From assembly GCA_039179915.1 (NCBI GenBank), contig JBCDEF010000001.1:1-53036 (forward strand): DNA of 53,036 nt, given 5' to 3'. Position numbers and translations under genes: made by a program. The notes beneath the pieces are model-generated. The model did not search any database, was not told the origin of the DNA, and was given only the letters and a program-made list of their open reading frames with translations. Origin of the DNA: Planctomycetota bacterium (GTDB lineage: Bacteria; Planctomycetota; Phycisphaerae; Phycisphaerales; UBA1924). Positions 8,089 to 16,389 of this stretch are shown piece by piece; the first letter of the stretch is position 1, and each line of letters opens with the position of its first letter.

Positions 8089-8982
8089 TCAGGCGCTCGG
8101 CTCGAGTTCGCGGACGCGGTGCTGCACCTGGGCCTTGACGCGGGCGAGGATCGAGCTGTGCATCTGGCTGACGCGCGATTCCGAGAGGTCGAGCGTGGTG
8201 CCGATCTCTTTCATCGTCATGCCCTCAAAGTAGTAGAGCACGATGATGAGCTTCTCGGCTCGGCTCAGGCCCTTGGTGATCAGGTCCTGGAGATCTTTGC
8301 GCTCGAGGGTCTGGATCGGGTTGATCTGGGAATCGTCGCGGATGACATCGATCTCGCGGACGTCCTTGTCGCCGTCGGAGGAGTAGGCCTTGCGTGTGAG
8401 GCTGAAGGTGCCGACCGCGGAGGAATCGCGGCGGATCTTCTCGAACTCCTCATCGTCAACGCCGAGGCGGTCGGCGATCTCGTCGTCGCTGGCGGGCCGG
8501 CCGGTGGCCATCTCCAGCCGCTGGCGCGCCTGCTCGACCTTGCTCGAGCGGTGGCGGACGAGCCTCGGGACCCAGTCCATGAGCCGGAGCTCGTCGAGGA
8601 TCGCGCCGCGGATCCGCGGGGCGCAGTAGGTCTCGAACTTGACCTGCCGCTCGAGGTCGTAGGCGTTGATCGCGTCGCACAACCCGAAGATGCCGGCCTG
8701 GACGAGGTCTTCGAGGTTGACCTCGTCGGGCAGCCTGGCGTGCACGCGCTCGGCGTGGTAGCGGACGAGCGGGTAGAACTTCTCCATGAAGAAGTTGCGG
8801 ATCTCGCGCGACTTGCTGTCGCGGTACTCCGCCCAGAGCTCTTCGACTTTCCGCTCGCTAAGCGGCGTTGCAGCGGTCGCGTTGGCGCGTTTCCCACGGC
8901 CCGCGGCCGGCGCACGCTTCGGCTTGCTGCTTGAAGGCGATGATTTCGTCTTTGCCGCTGGCATCGGCCGCTCCTTAGCCAC
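8089..8982 (-). CDS. fliA: flagellar RNA polymerase sigma factor sigma-28 (FliA/WhiG/SigD family)
   Basis: Region 2 (LVQAGIFGLCDAINAYD...KFETYCAPRIRGAILDELR), region 3 and region 4 (LIIVLYYFEGMTMKEIGTTLDLSESRVSQMHS). It is the last gene of the flagellar block and carries a ~45-aa basic N-terminal extension. Confidence 0.9.
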   Translation of the reverse strand: MAKERPMPAAKTKSSPSSSKPKRAPAAGRGKRANATAATPLSERKVEELWAEYRDSKSREIRNFFMEKFYPLVRYHAERVHARLPDEVNLEDLVQAGIFGLCDAINAYDLERQVKFETYCAPRIRGAILDELRLMDWVPRLVRHRSSKVEQARQRLEMATGRPASDDEIADRLGVDDEEFEKIRRDSSAVGTFSLTRKAYSSDGDKDVREIDVIRDDSQINPIQTLERKDLQDLITKGLSRAEKLIIVLYYFEGMTMKEIGTTLDLSESRVSQMHSSILARVKAQVQHRVRELEPSA

Positions 8983-9090
8983 TGGCGGTGATCCGGCGAT
9001 GCGAGCCGGTCCTGCCTGCTTCTGCGGACCCGGCGAGCGCCGGTCGGCGCGCTCCCCCGTCGGGTCCGGTGTCCGTCCTTGGACGCCGCG

Positions 9091-9119
9091 AGTCTAGCGG
9101 GCAACCGCCAGACGTGCAA
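9091..9119 (-). promoter_or_regulatory. sigma-70-like promoter candidate TTGCAC-N17-TAGACT upstream of fliA
   Basis: The reverse complement of 9091-9119 reads TTGCAC gtctggcggttgcccgc TAGACT. It lies ~108 nt upstream of the fliA ATG. Confidence 0.35.
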
Positions 9120-9121
9120 CG

Positions 9122-9466
9122 TTACGCTGCTTTCGCCGGTGTCTCCGGCTGCTGTTCGTCGATGGGATCACCCGCCGCCTCCGGCGCGGGCTCCGCTCCC
9201 GGCGCGTTCAGCGCCGGCGTCTCGCTGCTCACGCGCTCGGCGTACCGCCGGGCGTGGTCCTTGAGCAGCGCCTCGGCCACCATGCCGAAGCCGGTCCCGA
9301 TGATGTTGCCCGCGGCCAGAGCCACGAGCGCTTTGAGCACGATCGTCGAGCCCGCGTTCTGCGCGTGCATGCCCGAGAGCACCGCGACCGCGAACGCCGC
9401 CAGACCCATCGCCCCGCCCACGAGCCTGGGGACAGACCGCCGATCGGCCGAGATCTCTGCACTCAT
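9122..9466 (-). CDS. small 2-TM membrane protein (114 aa), unknown function, between flhG and fliA
   Basis: ATG at 9466 with GGAG 9 nt upstream. Two hydrophobic helices (LVGGAMGLAAFAVAVLSG; IVLKALVALAAGNIIGTGFGMV) followed by an acidic/Pro-rich tail. Confidence 0.6.
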   Translation of the reverse strand: MSAEISADRRSVPRLVGGAMGLAAFAVAVLSGMHAQNAGSTIVLKALVALAAGNIIGTGFGMVAEALLKDHARRYAERVSSETPALNAPGAEPAPEAAGDPIDEQQPETPAKAA

Positions 9467-9485
9467 ACGCACGCACTCCAGATCG

Positions 9486-9512
9486 GTATCGGCATCTGGC
9501 TCGATGACTTCA
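9486..9512 (-). promoter_or_regulatory. sigma-28-type promoter candidate TGAA-N15-GCCGATAC
   Basis: The minus strand reads cTGAA gtcatcgagccagat GCCGATAC (consensus TAAA-N15-GCCGATAA/T). The -10 box ends 19 nt before the ATG at 9466. Confidence 0.45.
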
Positions 9513-9543
9513 GGCGCGACGAGAAAAAGCAACCGAACGAGGC

Positions 9544-9559
9544 CGCACACGCCGTGCCA
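9544..9559 (-). promoter_or_regulatory. sigma-54-type promoter candidate TGGCAC-ggcgt-gTGCg
   Basis: The minus strand reads TGGCACGGCGTGTGCG with GG-N10-GC spacing. It lies 16-31 nt downstream of the flhG stop. Confidence 0.45.
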
Positions 9560-9574
9560 CCCGCGCAATCGGCA

Positions 9575-10555
9575 TCACCCGGCCGCCGGGGACGGCTCAA
9601 AGCTTCGGCGGTCGGCGATCCCGGGCTGCAGGACATCGCCCGTGGAGCGCAAAAGCTGCGCCCCACCGGCTGCTTTGACGGCCGCGGCCGCGATCCGGTC
9701 GATCGCCTTGCCCGCGGTGCCGACACGTGGCTCAAGGGCCGCGGGACGCTGCTGCTGAACACCGCGGCGCAGCTTCCGATCGAACGGGACCACGCCGAGC
9801 ATCGCCGGGCGGATCCTCAAGAATCGATCCGCGACGGCAGTGATCCGCGATGCACAGCGGGCCGCGGCCCGGCGACCCGAGGCCGACGCCTCGGCCTGAT
9901 TGACGATCATCCGGACGCGCGACGCGGCCGAGGGCCCGTGCTCGGCGTGCAGGCTCTTCAGCAAGGCGTAGGCATCGGCCATGGCTGTCGGCTCGCCCGT
10001 GGTTACGATGATCGGGCAGTCGGCGGCGGCGAGCCAATCGGTGACCGCCCGATCCACGCCCGCGGGTGTATCGACCACCATGGCCGAAGCCGGGTCTGCG
10101 CCGCGCCGCAACGCCGAGATGAGCGCGCCGCGTTCTTCGTCACTCGGTCTGAAGCGCGATCCGATCACCCCCGGCACGAGCCAGAGCCGCTCGGCGACCT
10201 CGACGGCGATCTCCGCGGGCGTGTGGCCCGGGGCCATGCGGTGCTGGAAGCACTCGTCGAGCCGGCGCAGCGGCGCGATGCCGAGCATGACGTCGGCGTT
10301 GGCAGCGCCGAAGTCGGCATCGACGAGCAGGGCGGACCGGCTGCGTGACAGCGAAGCCGCGATGGAGACCGACAAGAGCGACTTGCCGACGCCGCCCTTG
10401 CCGGAGGCGATGGCGATCATCGGCGCGCGATCGGGCGAGCGCGACGCGGGAGCATGCGGCCGCTCCGCGCGACGAGCGGCCTTCGGGTGGCCCGGCACGA
10501 TCATCGATCGGAGCCGCGCCGCCTGGTCCCCTTGGACAGAACGGGCAGCGGTCAT
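9575..10555 (-). CDS. flhG: flagellar number/placement regulator FlhG (MinD/ParA-type ATPase, YlxH/FleN)
   Basis: Deviant Walker A IAIASGKGGVGKS. It sits immediately downstream of flhF with a 4-nt overlap. Confidence 0.85.
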   Translation of the reverse strand: MTAARSVQGDQAARLRSMIVPGHPKAARRAERPHAPASRSPDRAPMIAIASGKGGVGKSLLSVSIAASLSRSRSALLVDADFGAANADVMLGIAPLRRLDECFQHRMAPGHTPAEIAVEVAERLWLVPGVIGSRFRPSDEERGALISALRRGADPASAMVVDTPAGVDRAVTDWLAAADCPIIVTTGEPTAMADAYALLKSLHAEHGPSAASRVRMIVNQAEASASGRRAAARCASRITAVADRFLRIRPAMLGVVPFDRKLRRGVQQQRPAALEPRVGTAGKAIDRIAAAAVKAAGGAQLLRSTGDVLQPGIADRRSFEPSPAAG

Positions 10556-11910
10556 CGGGGCTTGCCCTCGCCGCCGAGGATCCGGCGAGCCAGCCGATCG
10601 GCATTGCCCGGCTCGATATGGTCGGGGACTTCTTGGCCGTTGGTGACGTAGCTGATCGCGACGCCGACGCGGCGGATCACGCCGAGCAGCACGCCGGTCT
10701 CGACCGCTTCATCGAGCTTGGTGAAGATGATCCGGTTCGGTCGGAGCCGGCCGAAATTGTCGGCTGCGCGGAGCAGCACCGACTCGGACGCCACGCTGGA
10801 CAGGACAAGGTGCGTCTCGTGCGGGTCGGCCTCGTCGAGGAAGGTGCGCAGCTCGGTGAGCCGCTCGGCGTCGTGCTGGCTGCGGCCGGCGGTGTCGATG
10901 TAGATCTCGTCGAGACCCTCGAGCGTCTCGATCGCGGGTCGCATCTCGGAGGCGGAGCCGACGACTTTGAGAGGCAGCCCGATGATCTCGGCGTAGGTCC
11001 GCAGCTGCTCGACCGCGGCGATGCGGTAGGTGTCGGTGGTGATGAGCCCGACCGAGCGGCCGCGGCGGAGCTTGGCGCGGGCGGCGAGCTTGGCAACCGT
11101 CGTGGTCTTGCCCACACCGGTCGGCCCGATCAAGGCCACGGTGTGCGGGCGGCCGTCGATCGGCTGACGCGTGCCGACGGGGTCGGCGGCGGGCATGATC
11201 GCAGCGATCTCGCGGAGCATGGTCTCGCGGACGACGGCCTCGTCGGCGAGCTCCGGCGGGCTGAGCTCGTCGCGCACGCGGCCGACGATCTCATCGGCGA
11301 TCTCGGCGGCGACGGCGTTCTCCTGGAGCCGCAGGTGCTGCTCGAACAGCGGGTCGCTCAGCGCCCCGCCGGCCGCGGATCGGGCCGAGGTCTGCATGAG
11401 CTGTGAGACCATCCGCTTGATCGACTTGAGATCGTCTTCGACCACCGCCGCCCGGCTGCCGGCGGCTCTCACCGAAGGGACGGCGATCGAGCCCAGCGGC
11501 TCGGCGGCGGGCCCGCCCAGGCCCGCGTCCCGCGAAGGCATCGGTGGCGGGTCATCGTTGAGAACCGCGTCAGAGGCGACCGCCACGGGCTCGGGGCGGG
11601 CTGATCGGGAGGGAGCGGGCTGCGCCCGTGGCATGCCGTAGGCCTTGGCGGCAGCGGGCGGTAGTGCCGCGCCGGCGAGCGGCTTGGGCTCGGCGCGGAC
11701 GGTCGCGCGATCGGTCGGGGCGGCGGGCCGGGTGCGCGGGTTGGCGTCGGCGGTCGCGGTGATCTCGACGATGGGTCGTCCGCCGAGCCCGAGCAGGCCC
11801 CGCGAGCGGTAGGACCGCGTGTTGAGGATCATCGCCTCGGGCCCGAGGTCGCGCTTGACCTCGGCCAGCGCATCCTGCATCGACCGTGCTCTGTAGACCT
11901 TCAGTGCCAT
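10552..11910 (-). CDS. flhF: flagellar biosynthesis GTPase FlhF (SRP-type)
   Basis: MALKVYRARSMQDALAEVKRDLGPEAMIL N-terminus. G-domain motifs LIGPTGVGKTTTVAKLAA, TDTYRIAAVEQL, DTAGRS and TKLDE. Confidence 0.92.
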   Translation of the reverse strand: MALKVYRARSMQDALAEVKRDLGPEAMILNTRSYRSRGLLGLGGRPIVEITATADANPRTRPAAPTDRATVRAEPKPLAGAALPPAAAKAYGMPRAQPAPSRSARPEPVAVASDAVLNDDPPPMPSRDAGLGGPAAEPLGSIAVPSVRAAGSRAAVVEDDLKSIKRMVSQLMQTSARSAAGGALSDPLFEQHLRLQENAVAAEIADEIVGRVRDELSPPELADEAVVRETMLREIAAIMPAADPVGTRQPIDGRPHTVALIGPTGVGKTTTVAKLAARAKLRRGRSVGLITTDTYRIAAVEQLRTYAEIIGLPLKVVGSASEMRPAIETLEGLDEIYIDTAGRSQHDAERLTELRTFLDEADPHETHLVLSSVASESVLLRAADNFGRLRPNRIIFTKLDEAVETGVLLGVIRRVGVAISYVTNGQEVPDHIEPGNADRLARRILGGEGKPR

Positions 11911-11943
11911 CGACGCCTTCCGTGGCTTGCGCGGCTCGCTTTG

Positions 11944-11962
11944 CAGACGCGTCCTGCGTCTG
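11944..11962 (-). other. 7-bp GC-rich hairpin in the flhA-flhF spacer
   Basis: CAGACGC-gtcct-GCGTCTG is perfectly complementary. There is no U-tract. Confidence 0.4.
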
Positions 11963-11995
11963 GTCTTGGGAAGAAGTTTAGCCGATCACGCGCGA

Positions 11996-14158
11996 TCATG
12001 CGGCCCCCACCGCCTCGGTCGGCGCCGCCGGCGCGGCCGGCTCGGGCCACCGGACGTAGCCGAGCGACTCGACCTGCACGCCCGGTACGACCTCGTTGTA
12101 GCCGAGCACAACCAGCCCCGGGATGTGCGGCTCGAGCAGCTCGAACAGCGGGCCGCGGACGGGCGGCGAGGCGAGCACGATCGGTGTGTAGCCGCCGGCG
12201 GTCAGTGGGCTCATCGCTTCGAGCACGGCGGCGGCGAGCTGCTGGCTGGTTCTTGGTGGCATGCTGACGCTGGTGGTGTCATTGGCCCGGTCGACATAGC
12301 CCTGGACACGCTCTTCGACTCCCGGGTCGACCGAGACGCAGCGGAGGATCGTCGCGCCGTCTTCGCCCGGTGACGCGTGCATGGCCGAGAGCTGGCGGCG
12401 CAGCGCGTTGCGGGCGTACTCGACGCGCACCGCGGGGTCCTTGGAACGCGGGGCCCACTCGGCCATGGCTTCGAGGATCGATTCCAGATCCCGCACCGGC
12501 ACGCGCTCGCGGAGCAGGCCCTGGAGAACTTTTTGCAGCTCGCCGACACCAAGCGCGGCTGGCACGGCCTCTTCGACCAGCTTCGGGGCGGTCTCCTTGA
12601 GCTGCTCGAGCAGGTTGCCGACCTCTTCGCGGCTGAGCAGCTCCTCGGCGTGCCGCTTGACGACCTCGCTGACGTGTGTGGCCATCACGCTCGACGGCTC
12701 GACCACGGTGTAGTTCAGGCTCTCGGCTCGCGGCTTCTGCCCCGGATCGATCCACCAGGCGTCGAGGCCGAACGCGGGCTCGCGGGTCTTCGCGCCCTCG
12801 ATCGGCCCGGACGCCAGGCCCGGGTCCATCGCGAGCAGCTTGGCCGGGTGCACCTGATGCTCGGCGACGACCGCGCCGCGGATCTTGAGCCGGTAGGTCG
12901 AGGGGTCGAGCTGCATGTTGTCGCGGATGCGGACCGGGGGCATGACCAGCCCCAGCTCCATCGCGAGCTGGCGGCGGGTGGCGCTGATGCGGTCGAGCAG
13001 GTCGCCGCCCTGGCCCGCGTCGACGAGCGCGACCAGGCCGTAGCCGACCTCGAGCTCGAGGGTGTCGACCTTGAGCAGCTTCTCGATCGGCTGCGGCTCG
13101 GGGACGTTCTGCTGCGTGACTTCTTCGTGGACCTCGGCCGCCTTGACGCGGGCGACACGCTGCATGGCGAACGCGACGATGCCGACGATCGCGGCGCTGG
13201 CCAGCAGCGGCATGGTCGGCAGCGGCGTGGCGGCGAGGGCGACCAGGAAGCCGGCCGTGATATAGAGCCCGGTCGGCTGGCTGGCGAGCTGGCCGGTCAG
13301 CTCGGTGCCCAGGTCGGCCTTCGAGCCCGAGCGGGTCACGATCAGTGCCGCGGCGATGGAGATGATGAACGAGGGCAGTGCGCTGGTCAGCCCGTCGCCG
13401 ATCGTCAGCTGCGTGAAGACGCTGGCGGTCTGGCCCGCGGGCCAGCCGCGCTCGATGGTGCCGATCGCGAACCCGCCGATGACATTGATCAGCGTGATGA
13501 GGATGCCCGCGATCGCGTCGCCGCGGACGAATTTGCTGGCACCGTCCATCGAGCCGAAGAAGTCGGCCTCGCGGCGGATGAGCTCGCGCTGCTCCTTGGC
13601 CTCGGCTTCGGTGATCACGCCGGCGTTCAGGTCGGCGTCGATCGCGAGCTGCTTGCCGGGCATGGCATCGAGCGTGAACCGCGCGGCGACCTCGGAGACA
13701 CGCGTCGCGCCCTTGGTGATCACCAGGAACTGCACGAGGATCAGGATCAGGAAGAGGATCACGCCGACGGCAAGCGAGTCACCCGAAACGAAGTCGCCGA
13801 AGGCCTGGATCACCTTGCCCGCGACACCGACGGCCTCCTCAGGGCTCGACGCATCGGCGGTCAGGATCAGCCTCGTTGAGGCGACGTTGAGCACAAGCCG
13901 GAGCAGCGTGGTGGCTAGCAGGAGCGATGGGAAGACGCTGAAATCCAGCGGGTGGCTCATGTAGAGCGTGGTCAGCAAGATCACGACCGCGAGGCTGACG
14001 TTCACGCTGATCAGCAGGTCCATGACCATCGGCGGCAGCGGGACGAGGATGACCCCGAGCGCCAGGATGAAGCCGATCGGGACCAGGAAGCCTCGGTACT
14101 TCGCGGCTGAGGCGAGCCAGGGCGGCATGGTCGGCTGTGTTCCGGAGGGTGGTGCCAT
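11996..14158 (-). CDS. flhA: flagellar type III export gate protein FlhA
   Basis: 720 aa. N-terminal polytopic domain (LVPIGFILALGVILVPLPPMVMDLLISVNVSLAVVILL...FVRGDAIAGILIT) and C-terminal cytoplasmic domain. Confidence 0.97.
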   Translation of the reverse strand: MAPPSGTQPTMPPWLASAAKYRGFLVPIGFILALGVILVPLPPMVMDLLISVNVSLAVVILLTTLYMSHPLDFSVFPSLLLATTLLRLVLNVASTRLILTADASSPEEAVGVAGKVIQAFGDFVSGDSLAVGVILFLILILVQFLVITKGATRVSEVAARFTLDAMPGKQLAIDADLNAGVITEAEAKEQRELIRREADFFGSMDGASKFVRGDAIAGILITLINVIGGFAIGTIERGWPAGQTASVFTQLTIGDGLTSALPSFIISIAAALIVTRSGSKADLGTELTGQLASQPTGLYITAGFLVALAATPLPTMPLLASAAIVGIVAFAMQRVARVKAAEVHEEVTQQNVPEPQPIEKLLKVDTLELEVGYGLVALVDAGQGGDLLDRISATRRQLAMELGLVMPPVRIRDNMQLDPSTYRLKIRGAVVAEHQVHPAKLLAMDPGLASGPIEGAKTREPAFGLDAWWIDPGQKPRAESLNYTVVEPSSVMATHVSEVVKRHAEELLSREEVGNLLEQLKETAPKLVEEAVPAALGVGELQKVLQGLLRERVPVRDLESILEAMAEWAPRSKDPAVRVEYARNALRRQLSAMHASPGEDGATILRCVSVDPGVEERVQGYVDRANDTTSVSMPPRTSQQLAAAVLEAMSPLTAGGYTPIVLASPPVRGPLFELLEPHIPGLVVLGYNEVVPGVQVESLGYVRWPEPAAPAAPTEAVGAA

Positions 14159-14164
14159 CGCCGA

Positions 14165-15277
14165 TCAGACCCCCGCCGCCTGCGGCCGGAGCGCGGCCTG
14201 GCGTTTGGTTCGTTCGTCGGCAGCCCGGCCGTCGAGCCGGTAGACGTAGGCCAGGATCTCGGCAACGGCCTCGTAGTGATCGGGCGCGATCTCGTCGCCG
14301 ACCTCGGTCCCCCAGTACAGCGCCCGCGCCAGCGGCGGGCGTTCGACGATCGGCACACCCGAGCCGATGGCGAGCTGGCGGATGCGGAAGGCCATGTGGT
14401 CGCCGCCCTTGGCCGTGACCTTGGGCGCGGGCCAGGCGTCGTCGTACCGGATCGCCACGGAGAAGTGCGTTGGGTTGGTCACGACCACATCGGCCTGCGG
14501 CACGTCCTGCCCGAGCCGCTGCATGGCGATGCCCTGGGCGATCTGCATGCGGCGACGCTTCATCTCCGGGTCGCCCTCCATGCTCTTGAGCTCGTCTTTG
14601 ACCTCCTGCTTGGTCATCTTCAGCTCTTGGCGGTGCTGCCAACGCTGGAACATGTAGTCGAGCACGCCGATGACGATCAGCAGGAACAAGATCCAGACGA
14701 GCACCTCGGCCATCACCATGCCCACGACCATCGCGGCCTGCACGGGCTGGAGCACGGCGAGCTGGACGAGCTCGGCCTTGTTCATCGAGATTACGATGAA
14801 CGCGACGAGCACAACGGCGGCGAGCTTGGCGATGTTCATCAGCGCTTTGACCAACCCCTTGCGTCCGAAGACGCGCTTGACGCCGGCGATCGGGCTGAGC
14901 TTGCTGAGCTTGGGCTCGAGCGGCTTGGCGGTCAGCAGCGGGCCGACCTGCATGAAGTTGACCAGGGCGATCCCGGTCGCCATCACCGCCATGACGGGCA
15001 GCAGCGCACCGCCGGCATCGCGGGCGGTCAGCAGGACCTGGTCCCACACGCCGCCGGTGCCGATACGCCCGGCGAGGGCGCGGGGGTCGAGCGAGCGAAG
15101 GGTCAAGTCGTGCAGCCGGCCGACGATGAAGCCGCCGAAGATCAGGAGCGTGATGCCGGCGATGACCAGCGAGAGCACGCCGCTCAGGTCCTGGCTCTTG
15201 GGCACGTTGCCGCGGTTTCGCGCTTCGAGCAGCTTGCGGCTGGTCGGTTGCTCTGTTTTTTCGCCGAACTCAGCCAC
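14165..15277 (-). CDS. flhB: flagellar export switch protein FlhB
   Basis: FGEKTEQPTSRKLLEARNRGNVPKSQDL N-terminus and NPTH autocleavage site (VVTNPTHFSVAIRY). GTG at 15277 chosen as start; it overlaps the fliR end by 8 nt. Confidence 0.93.
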   Translation of the reverse strand: MAEFGEKTEQPTSRKLLEARNRGNVPKSQDLSGVLSLVIAGITLLIFGGFIVGRLHDLTLRSLDPRALAGRIGTGGVWDQVLLTARDAGGALLPVMAVMATGIALVNFMQVGPLLTAKPLEPKLSKLSPIAGVKRVFGRKGLVKALMNIAKLAAVVLVAFIVISMNKAELVQLAVLQPVQAAMVVGMVMAEVLVWILFLLIVIGVLDYMFQRWQHRQELKMTKQEVKDELKSMEGDPEMKRRRMQIAQGIAMQRLGQDVPQADVVVTNPTHFSVAIRYDDAWPAPKVTAKGGDHMAFRIRQLAIGSGVPIVERPPLARALYWGTEVGDEIAPDHYEAVAEILAYVYRLDGRAADERTKRQAALRPQAAGV

Positions 15278-16103
15278 GGCCCGGACCCTCCGCGGCCGCG
15301 GCGATGCCCTCGCCGGGGCCCATGCCGCCGAGGCCGGTCCAGTCCGACAGCAGCCAGAGCACACGCTCGGCCTCTTCGCCGAAGACCATAAACATGGTGG
15401 CAGCGGCGATCGCCATGGTGAACAGCCCCGCCATGGTCTTGAGCGCGAAGCCGACGGACAGCACGTTGATCTGTGGGATGGTCTTCATCAGCACGCCGCT
15501 GGCGACCGTCTCGATGACCATGATCGAGACGACGGGCATGGCGATCCGGAAGGCGATCTCGAAGCCCGCCGAGAGCGTGCCGGCGAGCAGTTCGAGCGGG
15601 ACAGCGCGGAAGGTCATCGCGCCCAGCGGCACGTGGTCGTAGGTGTTCATCATCGCGACGAAGATCGCTTCGAGCCCGCCGAGCGAGATGAAGACCGCCA
15701 GCGCGGTGTAGAACATGAGCTGGTCGATCACGCCGGTGTTGGTCTCGAACTCCGGGTTGAATATCTGTGCGAGGCCCAGGCCCATCTGCTGGCCGATGAT
15801 CTGCCCGCCGATCTGTGCGGCGACGATCGGCAGGCTCGCGATGAGCCCGATGGCCGCGCCGATCAGCGTCTCGGTGACCATGAGCTGCCCGAGCGTGAGC
15901 AGGCTGAAGTGCTGCGGCCGCTGCCAGGATTCATCGACACCCGGGAAGAGCGCGGCCGCGAGGATCACCACGAGCGCGATCTTGAACTGCCGCGGCAGCG
16001 CAGCGCCGGCGAGCACAGGGCTGAACAGCAGCAGCCCCGACAGGCGGAACGCGACGATCAGCACGGACTGGCCGAGGTCCAGGATGGGCTCGATCGCCAG
16101 CAC
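15270..16103 (-). CDS. fliR: flagellar export apparatus protein FliR
   Basis: Polytopic 277 aa. The GTG start at 16103 overlaps the fliQ TAG by 1 nt. The longer 419-aa ORF N-terminus is Arg/Gly-rich and overlaps fliQ. Confidence 0.88.
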   Translation of the reverse strand: MLAIEPILDLGQSVLIVAFRLSGLLLFSPVLAGAALPRQFKIALVVILAAALFPGVDESWQRPQHFSLLTLGQLMVTETLIGAAIGLIASLPIVAAQIGGQIIGQQMGLGLAQIFNPEFETNTGVIDQLMFYTALAVFISLGGLEAIFVAMMNTYDHVPLGAMTFRAVPLELLAGTLSAGFEIAFRIAMPVVSIMVIETVASGVLMKTIPQINVLSVGFALKTMAGLFTMAIAAATMFMVFGEEAERVLWLLSDWTGLGGMGPGEGIAAAAEGPGRG

Positions 16104-16378
16104 TAGCCGGCGCCCACCGGGATGCCGAGCCAGAGCATGTCGGCCGCGAACTCGACAAGCCGCTGGAAGACCCACGGCGCCAGGAAGACCAGCACCGCCA
16201 TCATCACCACGATCTTGGGCACGAAGGTCAGCGTCTGGTCCTGGATGGATGTTACGGATTGGAAGATGCTGACAACCAGGCCCACGACGATCCCCGCGCC
16301 CAGGATCGGCAGAACGATCTTGAGCGTCAGCATGACCGTGAAGCGGACGAGGTCCACCAGCGATTCGTCGTAGGCCAT
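16103..16378 (-). CDS. fliQ: flagellar export apparatus protein FliQ
   Basis: 91 aa from the ATG at 16378. Sequence LKIVLPILGAGIVVGLVVSIFQSVTSIQDQTLTFVPKI is typical of FliQ. Confidence 0.92.
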   Translation of the reverse strand: MAYDESLVDLVRFTVMLTLKIVLPILGAGIVVGLVVSIFQSVTSIQDQTLTFVPKIVVMMAVLVFLAPWVFQRLVEFAADMLWLGIPVGAG

Positions 16379-16389
16379 CGGCCGTGCTC

